Below are positions 30,912 to 42,870 of a stretch of DNA of 64,000 bases, piece after piece. Under the pieces are notes generated by a model, which was given only the letters and a program-made list of their open reading frames with translations, had not been told where the DNA came from and did not search any database. Position numbers and translations under genes: made by a program. Source of the stretch: Vicinamibacterales bacterium (GTDB lineage: Bacteria; Acidobacteriota; Vicinamibacteria; Vicinamibacterales; UBA8438). Every line of letters begins with the position of its first letter. Positions within the stretch are counted from its first letter, which is position 1. The stretch lies in assembly GCA_965262555.1 (NCBI GenBank), contig OZ253543.1, positions 1,627,997 through 1,691,996 on the forward strand. The letters run 5' to 3'.

Positions 30912-32600
30912 ATGAAGAAGGTGCTGTTCGTCATCGTCCTGCTGGGGGGCGCGGCGGCGGCCTACGGCTACTACGGCCTGCGGACGGTCGAATTCGTGCC
31001 GGAGGTGAGCACCATACGGGTGACGACCGGCGACGTCGTCGACACTGTGGGCGCCACCGGCGCGCTCGAGGCGGTTACGACGGTGCAGGTCGGGAGCCAA
31101 GTCTCCGGCATCATTGAGGAGCTGTACGTCGACTTCAACTCGATCGTCCATGAAGGCGACGTGATCATGCGCCTCGACCCGTCGCTCTTCGAGACGCAGC
31201 TCGAGCAGGCGCGCGCCAACCTGCTGCGGGCGGAGGCGGATGTCGAGCGGCTGCGCGTTGGCGTGGACGATGCCGCAACCCAGCTCGCGCGTGCCGGCGA
31301 GCTGGCGGCAGGCGACCTGATCTCGGAAACCGAGCTCGAAGCGGCCGAGGTCTCGCTCCGCTTGGCCGAAGCACAGCTCAAGTCGGCCGAAGCACAGGTG
31401 ACGCAGGCGCAGGCATCGTTGAACCAGAATGCGGTGAACCTCGAGCACACCGTCATCCGTGCGCCGATCGACGGCATCGTCACCTCCCGCCTGGTCGATG
31501 TCGGCCAGACCGTCGCCGCCAGCTTTCAGGCGCCGCAACTCTTCGTCATCGCAGCCGACCTGACAAAGATGCGGGTGATCGCCGACATCGACGAGTCGGA
31601 TGTCGGGCGGATCCGGCCGAGCCAGCGGGTCACCTTCACGGTGGACGCCTACCCGGCCGAGGAGTTCGAGGGAAGCGTGTCGCAGATCCGCCTCGAGCCG
31701 CTCGTGACCCAGAACGTCGTCACCTACGCCACCGTGATCGACGCGCCCAACCCCGATCTGAAGCTGAAGCCGGGGATGACGGCAACGGTCACCATTGAGG
31801 TGGCACGCCGGAACGACGTGCTGCGGGTGCCGGCTGCCGCAATCCGCTTCCGGCCGACGCCAGCGATGTTCGCCGCGCTCAATCAGCCGGTGCCGGCCGA
31901 TGTGCAGGGAGGCGCCGGCGCACGTGCCCGCGCGGGCCGACCCGATCGTCCCAGGGCGCCGGATGTCCCGGCCGCCGATGCGGGCCCTGCTGGCGGCCCG
32001 GGCGGCGGCGGGCCGGGGGCGTCCGGAGGCTTCGGTGGTCCGGGTGGCGGCGGACCGAGAGCGTTCGGCGGCTTCGGCGGTCAGGGTGGACCGCCAGGCG
32101 ACGGGCAGCGCCAGCAGATGCGCGAACGGATGCAGCAGATGTCCCCGGAGGAACGGGAGCAGTTCTTCGCCCGGATGCGGGAACAGGGCTTCCGGCCGGG
32201 CGGTGCCGGCGGACCGGACGCGCGCCGGGCCGGTAGCGGTCCGCGCCCAGCACGGCGACGCGCGCCCGCCGCCCCGGTCGACACCGTCCCGGCGGTCGAA
32301 CGGGGCGCCGCCACAATCGATGCACTGTTCGCGCCCCTCGAGGTGCCGGAGTCGGAGGGACGGATCTGGGTCCTGGACGACGGAGAACTCCGGAGCGCGC
32401 GCGTGCGCCTCGGCGTGACCGATGGATCCGCCACCGCACTGATCGAGGTGGTCGACGCGCGTCCCGGTGCTACCGCGATCACCGACGGCGTACAGCTTGT
32501 CACCAACGTTACGACGCCGGACGTGTCGGCCGGACCCACGCCGGGCAACAGCGGATCGCCGTTGATTCCGCAGTTCCCGTTCGGCCGGCGGAGCCGGTAG
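30912..32600 (+). CDS. MacA-like membrane fusion (adaptor) protein with long Gly/Pro-rich insertion
   Basis: VQVGSQVSG.I, VDFNS.V..G, IRAPIDG.V, GQTVAASFQAP, DESDVG, L.PGMTA. Confidence 0.92.
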   Translation: MKKVLFVIVLLGGAAAAYGYYGLRTVEFVPEVSTIRVTTGDVVDTVGATGALEAVTTVQVGSQVSGIIEELYVDFNSIVHEGDVIMRLDPSLFETQLEQARANLLRAEADVERLRVGVDDAATQLARAGELAAGDLISETELEAAEVSLRLAEAQLKSAEAQVTQAQASLNQNAVNLEHTVIRAPIDGIVTSRLVDVGQTVAASFQAPQLFVIAADLTKMRVIADIDESDVGRIRPSQRVTFTVDAYPAEEFEGSVSQIRLEPLVTQNVVTYATVIDAPNPDLKLKPGMTATVTIEVARRNDVLRVPAAAIRFRPTPAMFAALNQPVPADVQGGAGARARAGRPDRPRAPDVPAADAGPAGGPGGGGPGASGGFGGPGGGGPRAFGGFGGQGGPPGDGQRQQMRERMQQMSPEEREQFFARMREQGFRPGGAGGPDARRAGSGPRPARRRAPAAPVDTVPAVERGAATIDALFAPLEVPESEGRIWVLDDGELRSARVRLGVTDGSATALIEVVDARPGATAITDGVQLVTNVTTPDVSAGPTPGNSGSPLIPQFPFGRRSR

Positions 32601-32606
32601 CCGCCG

Positions 32607-33359
32607 ATGCCGGCCATCGCCGTCGAGGCACTGACCAAGACCTACGTGATGGGCGACATCGAGGTGCACGCCCTGCGCGGCGTCAGCCTTGCGATCGACC
32701 CGGGCGAGTTTGTGGCCGTGACCGGGCCGTCCGGATCAGGCAAGTCGACGTTCATGCACATCCTCGGCTGTCTCGACCGGCCGACCAGTGGCCGGTACGA
32801 GCTGGACGGACGCGATGTCTCCCGCCTCTCGCGTGACGAACTGGCCGAGGTGCGCAACAGGAAGATCGGCTTCGTCTTCCAGGGCTTCAACCTGCTGGCG
32901 CGCACCACCGCGCTCGACAACGTGGAGCTGCCGCTCCTGTACGGCGGCGCGCGCCTTGGCGGATCGAAGCGGCGGCAGCGCGCCGAGGACATGTTGGAGG
33001 CGATCGGCCTGTCCGACCGCATGAATCACTTCCCGAACCAGCTCTCGGGTGGCCAGCAGCAGCGCGTGGCGATCGCCAGAGCGCTGGTGAACCAGCCGTC
33101 GATCCTGCTGGCGGACGAGCCGACCGGCAACCTCGACTCGCGCACCAGCGTCGAGGTCATGGAGATCTTTCAGCGGCTCAACCGTGAGAACGGGATTACG
33201 GTACTCTTGATTACCCACGAGGCGGACATCGCTCAGTACGGCAGTCGGATCATCAAGTTCCACGACGGCGAGGTGGCTTCGGACGAGTGGAACCACGCGC
33301 CGCGCCGCGCGAGCGGCGAGATCGGATCGGTGCCGGTGCCCGCTGCGGTGGCGGGTTAG
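32607..33359 (+). CDS. MacB/LolD-type ABC ATP-binding protein
   Basis: [38 protein letters not shown]. Confidence 0.95.
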   Translation: MPAIAVEALTKTYVMGDIEVHALRGVSLAIDPGEFVAVTGPSGSGKSTFMHILGCLDRPTSGRYELDGRDVSRLSRDELAEVRNRKIGFVFQGFNLLARTTALDNVELPLLYGGARLGGSKRRQRAEDMLEAIGLSDRMNHFPNQLSGGQQQRVAIARALVNQPSILLADEPTGNLDSRTSVEVMEIFQRLNRENGITVLLITHEADIAQYGSRIIKFHDGEVASDEWNHAPRRASGEIGSVPVPAAVAG

Positions 33360-33384
33360 GAACCCGATAGGGAGGAAACAGGGA

Positions 33385-34611
33385 ATGTCAGTCATCATGG
33401 TGCTGCGGGTAGCGCTGAAGGCGCTCGGTCGCAACAAGATGCGGACCAGCCTGACGATGCTCGGGATGATCATCGGCGTCGCTGCCGTGATCACGATGGT
33501 GGCGCTCGGCCGGGGCGCGCAACAGGAGATCGAGCAGCAGATCCAAGCGGCTGGAACGAACATGATCATGATCCGCGCCGGCAACTTCCGCCGGGGCGGG
33601 ATCAGCCTGGGCGTCGGCCAGTCGCCTCGGCTGAAGGCAGAAGACATCGACGCCATCCGCGCGCAGGTGCCGGCGGCGCAGTACCTGGCGGCGGGGGTCC
33701 GGACGCGGGATCAGGTGGTGGCCGACGGGCAGAACTGGAACACGACAATCCAGGGCACCGACGTCGAGTTCCCGGAGATCCGCTTCTGGGGCATCGAGCA
33801 TGGCAGCTTCTTCACGCCGACCCACGTGCAGAGCGCGGCAAAGGTGGCGGTGCTCGGGTCGGTGGTGCGCGACAACCTGTTCGGCGAGGGGGTCGATCCG
33901 ACCGGGACGCGGATCCGGATTCGGAAGCAGCCGTTCCAGGTGCTCGGCGTGATGGAGGCGAAGGGATCGGGCCAGTTCGGCGAGGATCAAGACGACGCCA
34001 TCTTCATCCCCTACACCACCGTCAACAAGAAGCTGCGGGGGCGCAACGGCACGAATATCTCGGAGATCACCATCTCGGCCGAGAATGCCGATCGGATCAA
34101 CGAGGTGGCTGACGAGATCGCCGCCGTGCTGCGGGTGGAGCACGAGCTGATGCCGGGCGAAGACAACGACTTCATGGTCCGCACGCAGGAGGACATGACC
34201 AGCATGCGGACGCAGACGACGCAGACGATGACCGGCCTGCTGGCGAGCATCGCCGGTGTGTCGCTCATCGTCGGCGGCATCGGCATCATGAACATCATGC
34301 TCGTCTCCGTCACCGAGCGGACGCGCGAGATTGGCCTCCGGATGGCCGTGGGCGCCAAGGGCCGCGACGTTCTGCTGCAGTTCCTGGTCGAGGCCATCGT
34401 GCTCAGCCTGGTGGGCGGCCTGGTGGGGGTCGGCCTCGGGTTCGGCCTCTCGGAGGGACTGACGCAGTTCCTCGCGTGGCCGACGTCGATTCCGCCCGAC
34501 GCGGTGCTGGTGGCGGTAGGGTTCGCTGCCACGACCGGCATCTTCTTCGGCTTCTATCCGGCCCGCAAGGCGGCGCAACTCGACCCAATCGAATCGCTCC
34601 GCTTCGAGTAG
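33385..34611 (+). CDS. MacB/FtsX-type ABC permease
   Basis: LTMLGMIIGVAAV, GGIGIMNIMLVSVTERTREIGLR, YPARKAA.LDPIE.LRFE. Confidence 0.95.
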   Translation: MSVIMVLRVALKALGRNKMRTSLTMLGMIIGVAAVITMVALGRGAQQEIEQQIQAAGTNMIMIRAGNFRRGGISLGVGQSPRLKAEDIDAIRAQVPAAQYLAAGVRTRDQVVADGQNWNTTIQGTDVEFPEIRFWGIEHGSFFTPTHVQSAAKVAVLGSVVRDNLFGEGVDPTGTRIRIRKQPFQVLGVMEAKGSGQFGEDQDDAIFIPYTTVNKKLRGRNGTNISEITISAENADRINEVADEIAAVLRVEHELMPGEDNDFMVRTQEDMTSMRTQTTQTMTGLLASIAGVSLIVGGIGIMNIMLVSVTERTREIGLRMAVGAKGRDVLLQFLVEAIVLSLVGGLVGVGLGFGLSEGLTQFLAWPTSIPPDAVLVAVGFAATTGIFFGFYPARKAAQLDPIESLRFE

Positions 34612-34666
34612 TCGGCGCCGGGATGCTCAACGATAGACTCGACACGCGAAGGAGGATGACCCTGCC

Positions 34667-35059
34667 ATGCGTTTCCTTGACCCTTGGGCTGACTGCATTC
34701 GCGCCACGCTTCGGATCGTCGCCGGGTATGGCTTCATGCTGCACGGAGCGCAGAAGCTCTTCGGCATCCTGGGGGGCACGCAGCAGGAGATCCTGTCACT
34801 GGCCGGCGTCGCAGGCGTCATCGAGCTCACTGGCGGCCTGCTGATCGCGATCGGGCTGTTCACCCGGCCGGTGGCGTTCATCTGCAGCGGAGAGATGGCT
34901 GCCGCCTACTTCATCGGCCATGTCGCGCGTTTTGGCGCGCCCCTCTTCCCGGTGGTGAATGATGGTGAGCGGGCGATGCTGTACTGCTTCATCTTTCTCT
35001 ATCTCGCGGCGCGCGGCCCGGGCGAGTGGAGCGTCGACGGCGCCCTCGCGAAGGGCTAG
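34667..35059 (+). CDS. DoxX family membrane protein
   Basis: LRI......HGAQKLFG, E..GG.LI..GL.TR, G.G..SVD. Confidence 0.88.
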   Translation: MRFLDPWADCIRATLRIVAGYGFMLHGAQKLFGILGGTQQEILSLAGVAGVIELTGGLLIAIGLFTRPVAFICSGEMAAAYFIGHVARFGAPLFPVVNDGERAMLYCFIFLYLAARGPGEWSVDGALAKG

Positions 35060-35559
35060 CCCCCACTATCGAGTGCGGCGAGCAACGCGCGCACCGTCTC
35101 GCCGGTCACCGGATCGATCAGGTGGGCCCCGATGGCGGCAAGTGGCTCGAGGACAAAGCGTCGTCCTCGGAAACGCGGGTGCGGCAGTTCCAGTTCGGGT
35201 TGGGACACCACCAGGTCCCCGACCAGGATCAGGTCGAGGTCGAGCGTGCGGGGCGCGCTGGCATATGGCCGCGTCCGGCCACGCGCTTGCTCGAGCACCT
35301 GGAGTTCACGGAGCAGTATCGGCGGGTCGGCGCTACTCCAGCCAACCGCGGCGCCATTCAGGCAGTCGGGCTGCGGAACATCCCCGGCGCCGACAAAGGT
35401 GGTCTCGATGAGAGGCGAGACGCGCAGATCACCGAGCAGCGTCTCCAGTCGGGCGATGGCGTATGCGAGATGCGCTCGGCGGTCCCCCAGGTTGCTGCCG
35501 AGCGCGACGGCGGTCAGGCGCGCTGTTTTTCCTTGCAACTGATGCAGACGCGCGTCCAT
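35056..35559 (-). CDS. folK: 2-amino-4-hydroxy-6-hydroxymethyldihydropteridine diphosphokinase
   Basis: LGSNLGD, PRTLDLDLI, LPHPR, RRFVLEPL; start uncertain because of overlap with dksA. Confidence 0.93.
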   Translation of the reverse strand: MDARLHQLQGKTARLTAVALGSNLGDRRAHLAYAIARLETLLGDLRVSPLIETTFVGAGDVPQPDCLNGAAVGWSSADPPILLRELQVLEQARGRTRPYASAPRTLDLDLILVGDLVVSQPELELPHPRFRGRRFVLEPLAAIGAHLIDPVTGETVRALLAALDSGG

Positions 35560-35858
35560 GGAATCGCATCCAGGCGCGCGGAAGCGATCGGCTCGCCGCA
35601 GTCGCGGCAGATGCCGTAGCCTCCCTTGTCGATGCGCCAGAGCGCCTGTTCGATCGCGTGCAGAATCTTGGCGTCGGTCTGCTTCAGCTTGAGCTGAATG
35701 TGCACCTCGTTGTTCCCGCTCGCCTGATCGGCCATGTCGCCCTGGCGGGTGTTATTCTCCATCGAGGTGGTGAGCGTGTGGCCCCCGCGCTCGTTCAGAA
35801 TCTCTACCCGCTTCCGGAGCAACGCGTCCCGGTAGGTGTCGCAGGCGGCCTGATCCAT
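35514..35858 (-). CDS. dksA: TraR/DksA family C4 zinc-finger regulator
   Basis: DxxDxA (DMADQA), YG.CRDCGE.I..ARL.A.P....CISC. Confidence 0.85.
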   Translation of the reverse strand: MDQAACDTYRDALLRKRVEILNERGGHTLTTSMENNTRQGDMADQASGNNEVHIQLKLKQTDAKILHAIEQALWRIDKGGYGICRDCGEPIASARLDAIPWTRVCISCKEKQRA

Positions 35859-35904
35859 GGCCAGCCCTCCCTTCTGGGCTGTTGCGGTACCCGCTGAAAC
35901 GAGT

Positions 35905-35913
35905 ATTTTATCA
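35905..35913 (-). promoter_or_regulatory. Extended -10 promoter TGATAAAAT for dksA-folK
   Basis: Minus-strand TGnTAAAAT about 46 nt upstream of the dksA ATG, with GGGAGG RBS. Confidence 0.5.
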
Positions 35914-35938
35914 CGACGCCCTCGGAGGCCGTGGGTCG

Positions 35939-38509
35939 CTACTCGGCGCGAAGCGTGAGGAGCGGCTTCTGGCGAAGGACCCCGGCGCTGGCGGTGACGC
36001 CCACCACCAGGACCGCCGCCGCCGTGAGCAGCAGGCCAACGACATTGATGGCGGGTGCGGGCGTCCAGACCACATCGAGCACCTGCCGGGTCAGGATCCA
36101 GGTGAGACCGACCGCCCCGGCTGATCCGACCAGGCCCGCCAGCAGGCCGAGCACGCCGTACTCGAGGATGTACATCGTCGTCAGCGCACGCGTGTTGGCG
36201 CCAAGGGTCCGGAAGACGGCGGCGTCGTACAGGCGCTGGAACCGGGTCATCGCGACCGACCCAATCAGGATCAGGACGCCGGCGAAGAGTGCGATCCCAC
36301 CCACCACCGTGATCGCAAGCGTGACGTAGTCCAGCACGCGCCGGAACGTCCGGAGGACTTCGAGGCCGTCAATCACCGAGACGTTGGGGTACCGGTTCCC
36401 CAGCTCGCGCTGCAGCGCTCCGCGCGCCACCGCGTCAGCGGGGCCGCGCAGAAAGCCGATGTAGGCGTGCGGCGCGTTGCCGAACGCGCCAGGGCGGAAC
36501 ACAAAGATGAAGCCACCGGCGCGCGAATCGTCCCAGTCCACTTCGCGCACGCTGGTGACGCGCGCTTCGATGGGACGGCTCAGTAGATCGAAGTGGATCG
36601 TATCGCCCAGGCGCACGCCCCGCTCAATCACGCTGTCCGCGACCGACACCTCCACCGGTCCGTCCGGATCGGCCGGCGTGGCGGCGTCCCAGAACGCGCC
36701 CGCCACTACCCGCTCGTTGTCCGCCCTCTCCGCACGGTAGGTCACCGTGTACTCCCGGCCCAGGCCGGCCTGCCGGACCGCACGGCGTCCCTCGATGCTG
36801 GTCTGCGGTCCGCTGACGCCGGTCACTCGAGCGCGCAGCACCGGCAGGAGCGCCGGAGCCGGGTCGGTCCCGTCCGGACCGAGTGGCGCCGCGTCGAGCA
36901 ATTGCCTGACGCCCGCCGCCTGATCCTGCTGCACGTCGATGAGGAACATGTCGGGCATGTCGTCGCGCAGCTCGAGCGAGAACGCGGTCAGCAGATTCGC
37001 CTGCACGGCATTGATGCCGATGATGAAGAAGCTGCCCAGGCCAACCGCCAGCAGGACGACCCGCGTCTGATTTCCTGGCCGACGCAAACTACGTGCCGCA
37101 TGCCGCAGCGGGAACCACCGGGACGCTTCCAGCGGACGGACGGCCCTGATCAACCCCCATCCGATCAGGTGCAGCGCCGCGGCGACCGCAACGAACCCGC
37201 AGGAGACCCAGGCGCCCACCTCGAGCGACGATGCTTGCCACGCCGCGACGAGAACTAGACCAATCCCGGCCGCGGCAACCGCCGCAAGCCGTACCGGATC
37301 CGTCACCGCCACCCGCGGCGTCGCGCCCGGGCGGAGCAGCAGCAACGGCTTGGCGTGCCGCGTGTCCAGCAGCGGCACCAGTGCGAACAGCAGGGAGACA
37401 ATGATGCCAACCGCCATCCCCTGGGCCACGGCCGAGAGCGTCAGGCCGGTCGAGAGAATCTCCGATCCGGTGATGACCGCTGCCTGTGCGGTCAGCGACT
37501 CCGGCACCGACCAGAGCGCCACCTGCGCCACGCCGACGCCCATGAGTGCACCCCCCAGGCCGAGCAGCACCACCTGCACGACATAGACGGCCAGCACCCG
37601 CGCGTGCGACGCCCCAAGGCACTTCAGGATCGCTGCGCTCCGGAGCCGCTGCTGCACGAAGACACGCGTCACGCTCCAGACGCCGATCCCGCCCAGGATG
37701 ACGACGACGAAGCCAATCAGGCTCAGGTAGTTCTCCGCGCGCGTGAAGTTCCGCTCGATCCGGTTCTCCGTCCGGCGGTACGAGCCAATCCGGACGAACG
37801 CGTCCTGCAGGTCCTCGCGTAGCGCGTCGACTAGCGGTTCGATGGTCGGCTCCGGCACGCGGATCAGAATCTGGCGGTCCGCCCGGCTGGCGAAGCCGAG
37901 CAGCCCGCTTGCCTCCAGCGCGTCCAGGTGAATCAGGACGCGCGGACCGAAGCTGAAGCCGCCCAACTGCCGTCCCGGCTCGGCGACGATGGCGTCCCGG
38001 ATGGTGAACGCCCGGTCCCCGATCATGATCGCGTCGCCCACCTCGACATCGAGCTGCGGCAGCAGTTCGCGCCCCACCAGGGCCCCGCCGTCGCGCAGCA
38101 GGGCGGGCGAATACGGGTTGCCGCTCGCCAGCACGAACCGCCCGTAGAACGGGAACTGATCCTCGACCCCCCGCACCTCCACTACCTTGGTGCGTTCGCT
38201 CGTCCCCTCCGGTAACCGGGCCTGGGTGATCGTGTCGACCGTCTCGGTCCGCGCGCTGCCGGTAACGGCGTCGGCGCGCGCTTCAATCCGTGCGCGAACC
38301 GCCTCCTCCCAGGGCTGTTCGGTCCGGACGTAGACGTCCGCTCCGGTCATGCTGCGCGCTTCGCCGGCGAGCGCGGTGCGGACGTTCTGCACGAGCGACC
38401 GGAGCGCCACGATACCGCCGACGCCAATCGCGACACAGAGGAAGAAGAATATGAGCCGCCGCCACGACGCGCGCAGCTCGCGGGCGGCCATCCGGAGGAT
38501 GAAGGTCAT
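35939..38509 (-). CDS. ybbP: YbbP-like ABC permease (two FtsX domains)
   Basis: MAARELR..WRR start, two periplasmic/FtsX repeats, P..FLIDVQ..Q, R.V.W motif. Confidence 0.85.
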   Translation of the reverse strand: MTFILRMAARELRASWRRLIFFFLCVAIGVGGIVALRSLVQNVRTALAGEARSMTGADVYVRTEQPWEEAVRARIEARADAVTGSARTETVDTITQARLPEGTSERTKVVEVRGVEDQFPFYGRFVLASGNPYSPALLRDGGALVGRELLPQLDVEVGDAIMIGDRAFTIRDAIVAEPGRQLGGFSFGPRVLIHLDALEASGLLGFASRADRQILIRVPEPTIEPLVDALREDLQDAFVRIGSYRRTENRIERNFTRAENYLSLIGFVVVILGGIGVWSVTRVFVQQRLRSAAILKCLGASHARVLAVYVVQVVLLGLGGALMGVGVAQVALWSVPESLTAQAAVITGSEILSTGLTLSAVAQGMAVGIIVSLLFALVPLLDTRHAKPLLLLRPGATPRVAVTDPVRLAAVAAAGIGLVLVAAWQASSLEVGAWVSCGFVAVAAALHLIGWGLIRAVRPLEASRWFPLRHAARSLRRPGNQTRVVLLAVGLGSFFIIGINAVQANLLTAFSLELRDDMPDMFLIDVQQDQAAGVRQLLDAAPLGPDGTDPAPALLPVLRARVTGVSGPQTSIEGRRAVRQAGLGREYTVTYRAERADNERVVAGAFWDAATPADPDGPVEVSVADSVIERGVRLGDTIHFDLLSRPIEARVTSVREVDWDDSRAGGFIFVFRPGAFGNAPHAYIGFLRGPADAVARGALQRELGNRYPNVSVIDGLEVLRTFRRVLDYVTLAITVVGGIALFAGVLILIGSVAMTRFQRLYDAAVFRTLGANTRALTTMYILEYGVLGLLAGLVGSAGAVGLTWILTRQVLDVVWTPAPAINVVGLLLTAAAVLVVGVTASAGVLRQKPLLTLRAE

Positions 38510-38524
38510 CGGTCCGCGCGTGGA

Positions 38525-39238
38525 TCAAGCGCCCGCGACGACGGCTGGCGCGGCCGTTTCTGTGTCGATCCGCGTCGTCTGGCCATCGCGCATCGCCAGC
38601 GTGACGTCCGCCTGACCGGCCAGTTCCCGATCATGCGTCACCAGAACGACGGTCGTACCGCGCATCCGGTTCACCGTCACCAGCAGGTCAATCACATGCC
38701 GGCCATTGGTCGAGTCAAGGTTGCCGGTCGGTTCGTCGGCGAGCAGGATCGGCGGGTCGTTCGCCAACGCCCGCGCGATCGCGACACGCTGCTGCTCGCC
38801 CCCGGACAGTTGCGAGGGGTAATGGTGTCCGCGCTGGGTGAGACCCATTTCCTCCAGCAGCGCCCTCCCCTTCCCCATCGGATCCGGGACACCGGCGATC
38901 TCGAGCGGCACCATCACGTTCTCGAGCGCGCTGAGCGACGGCAACAGGTGGAAGAACTGAAACACGAAACCGATGCGCGCACCACGAAACCGCGCCAGCC
39001 GATCCTCGCCGAGCGACGTGATGGTCGTGCCGTCGATCACGATCTCGCCGGTCGACGGAGTATCGAGACCAGCCACCAAGCCGAGCAGCGTCGACTTGCC
39101 GCTCCCCGATGGCCCGACGACCGCGATCAGTTGCCCCGCCGGCACCGCCAGATCGATCGGATGGAGGATGGTCAGCGGCCGGTCGCCGCTCCGGACCGTC
39201 TTCGAGACGCCACGCAGTTCGATCATCGGGCGGTTCAC
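38525..39238 (-). CDS. ybbA: YbbA-like ABC ATP-binding protein
   Basis: [32 protein letters not shown]; adjacent to tesA and ybbP. Confidence 0.88.
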   Translation of the reverse strand: MNRPMIELRGVSKTVRSGDRPLTILHPIDLAVPAGQLIAVVGPSGSGKSTLLGLVAGLDTPSTGEIVIDGTTITSLGEDRLARFRGARIGFVFQFFHLLPSLSALENVMVPLEIAGVPDPMGKGRALLEEMGLTQRGHHYPSQLSGGEQQRVAIARALANDPPILLADEPTGNLDSTNGRHVIDLLVTVNRMRGTTVVLVTHDRELAGQADVTLAMRDGQTTRIDTETAAPAVVAGA

Positions 39239-39987
39239 GGCGTACCGCCCCCGGGTGCGGCCCCCTGTGCCGCAGCGAGCTTCGCCAGCAGCGGTTCCAA
39301 CGTCGCCCAGAGATGCGCGGCAACCCGCTCGGCGCCCGCCGGGTTGGGATGGATACCGTCCCGCTGATTCAGCGCCGGATCGCCCGCCACGCCTTCGAGC
39401 AGGAACGGGATGTACGTCAGGTTGTGCGTCTCGGCCAGTGTACGGAACACCTCACGAAACTGAGACGTATACGCCGAGCCAAAGTTCGGCGGCGCCTCCA
39501 TGCCGGCCAGCACAACCGGGATGTCCCGCGCTTCCGCACCGTCAATGATCGCCGTCAGGTTGTCGCGCATCTGGGTCACTGGCAGGCCGCGGAGTCCATC
39601 GTTCCCGCCCAGTGCCACCATCAGCAGGCGGACATCGCCGTCGAGCGCCCAGTCGAGCCTCCGGAGTCCCCCCGCCGTCGTATCGCCGGAGACACCGCGG
39701 GCCGCGATCTCGATCGGCCACCGCTCGGCATCAACACGTGCCTGCAGCCGCGCCGGAAACGCCTCCGGCTCGGGCAGGCCAAGTCCCGCCGTGAGCGAGT
39801 CGCCCAGAATGACGACCCGCGCGCGCCGACCGGCCACCGGGGCCGCCATGTCCGACGGCGCCGCATCCGACACCGTGCGGAACGCGACCGGCTGGACGCC
39901 GCTCGGCGTGGCGGCCCCGCAGGCCATCGCGCCCGCCACGAGCAGGATCCCGCCGAGTGTCCCTAGTGCCGCCCGCATGCCGTTCAT
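39235..39987 (-). CDS. tesA: GDSL/SGNH arylesterase (TesA-like), possibly a lipoprotein
   Basis: GDSL, GVSGDTT, GGNDGLRG, PPNFG, DGIHP; lipobox-like AMA-C. Confidence 0.9.
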   Translation of the reverse strand: MNGMRAALGTLGGILLVAGAMACGAATPSGVQPVAFRTVSDAAPSDMAAPVAGRRARVVILGDSLTAGLGLPEPEAFPARLQARVDAERWPIEIAARGVSGDTTAGGLRRLDWALDGDVRLLMVALGGNDGLRGLPVTQMRDNLTAIIDGAEARDIPVVLAGMEAPPNFGSAYTSQFREVFRTLAETHNLTYIPFLLEGVAGDPALNQRDGIHPNPAGAERVAAHLWATLEPLLAKLAAAQGAAPGGGTP

Positions 39988-40148
39988 TCTATCGGGTGCG
40001 CGTCCGCGTCGGCGCACCGACATCCCGGTCCGATTTCGGGTACCATTCCACCGCTCCAATGAGAGAGGTGACAGCACGCCTCGGGTGCGTGATCGTCTGC
40101 GCCGCCGCGGCGGCCGGCGCGCCGGAGGGAGCCGTCACTGGCGTACCG

Positions 40149-41140
40149 ATGACGACACGCGGCCTCACCGCGATCGACGGGCTTGCCGTCGGCCACGACA
40201 CCCTCGACGCCCGACCGACCGGCTGCACTGTGGTCCTGACCGAGGCGGGCGCCACCGCGACGGTCGACGTCCGGGGCGCCTCTCCCGGCACGCGCGAGAC
40301 CGCGCTGCTCCATCCGACAAACCGCGTGCAGCAGGTGCACGCCGTCGTGCTGTCCGGCGGCAGCGCGTTCGGTCTCGCCGCCGCCGACGGCGTCATGCGG
40401 TATCTCGACGAACGGGGGATCGGCTTTCCAACGGGTGGCGGCCCGGTGCCGATCGTTCCCGCCGCGATCCTGTACGACCTGACCATCGGCGACGGATCGA
40501 TCCGGCCTGACGCGGAGTGCGGCTACCGCGCGGCGCAAGCGGCCACGACGGCGGGCATCGAGGAGGGAAGCGTCGGCGCCGGTGCCGGTGCCACCGTCGG
40601 TAAGCTGGGCGGGCCCGGCCGAGCCATGAAGGGGGGCATCGGCACTGCGCTCGTCGAGCTTCCCGACGGGATGCAGGTGGCGGCGCTGATCGCGGTTAAC
40701 GCCGTCGGCGATGTCCACGATCCCGAGACCGGCGCGCTCGTCGCCGGCGTCCGGACCGCGGATGGCCGCGCGCTCGAGGGCGCCGGAGGCCTGTTCCGTC
40801 AGCCACCCGACGTACCCGGCGGGCAGAACACGACGATCGGTGTCGTGGCCACCAACGTGCCGCTCACGAAGGCGCAGCTCGGCATCGTCGCCCGGATGGC
40901 GCACGACGGTCTGGCGCTTGCCATCCGGCCGGCCCACACGCCGATGGACGGCGATACGATCTTTGCGCTCTCGACCGGTACGGCGGATGATGTGACGCCG
41001 GATACGGCCCTCCTGCGGGTCGGCGCGATAGCAGCGAACGTGACCGCCGAGGCGATCGTCCGGGCGGTGCGCGAGGCGACCGGCATCCCGGGCTACCCGG
41101 CGGTGGGAGAGCTGTCGAACGACGCGAAGGAGAACAGACG

Positions 41141-41144
<4 letters not shown>
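40149..41144 (+). CDS. P1/S58 family peptidase (DmpA/ArgJ-like, self-cleaving)
   Basis: VGH, TGCTV, DVRG.SPGTRET, GGSAFGL, GAGAG, NTT autoprocessing site, HT..DGD. Confidence 0.9.
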
Positions 41145-42826
<1,682 letters not shown>

Positions 42827-42870
42827 CAGAGGCCGCGCCGCGACAGCCGCGGCTCGGGATCAGTCACGCC

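Noticed and set aside
31980-32110. GGC/GGT-rich short tandem-like repeats
   Set aside because: They simply encode the Gly/Pro-rich linker of the efflux adaptor; there is no exact tandem unit suggesting phase variation.
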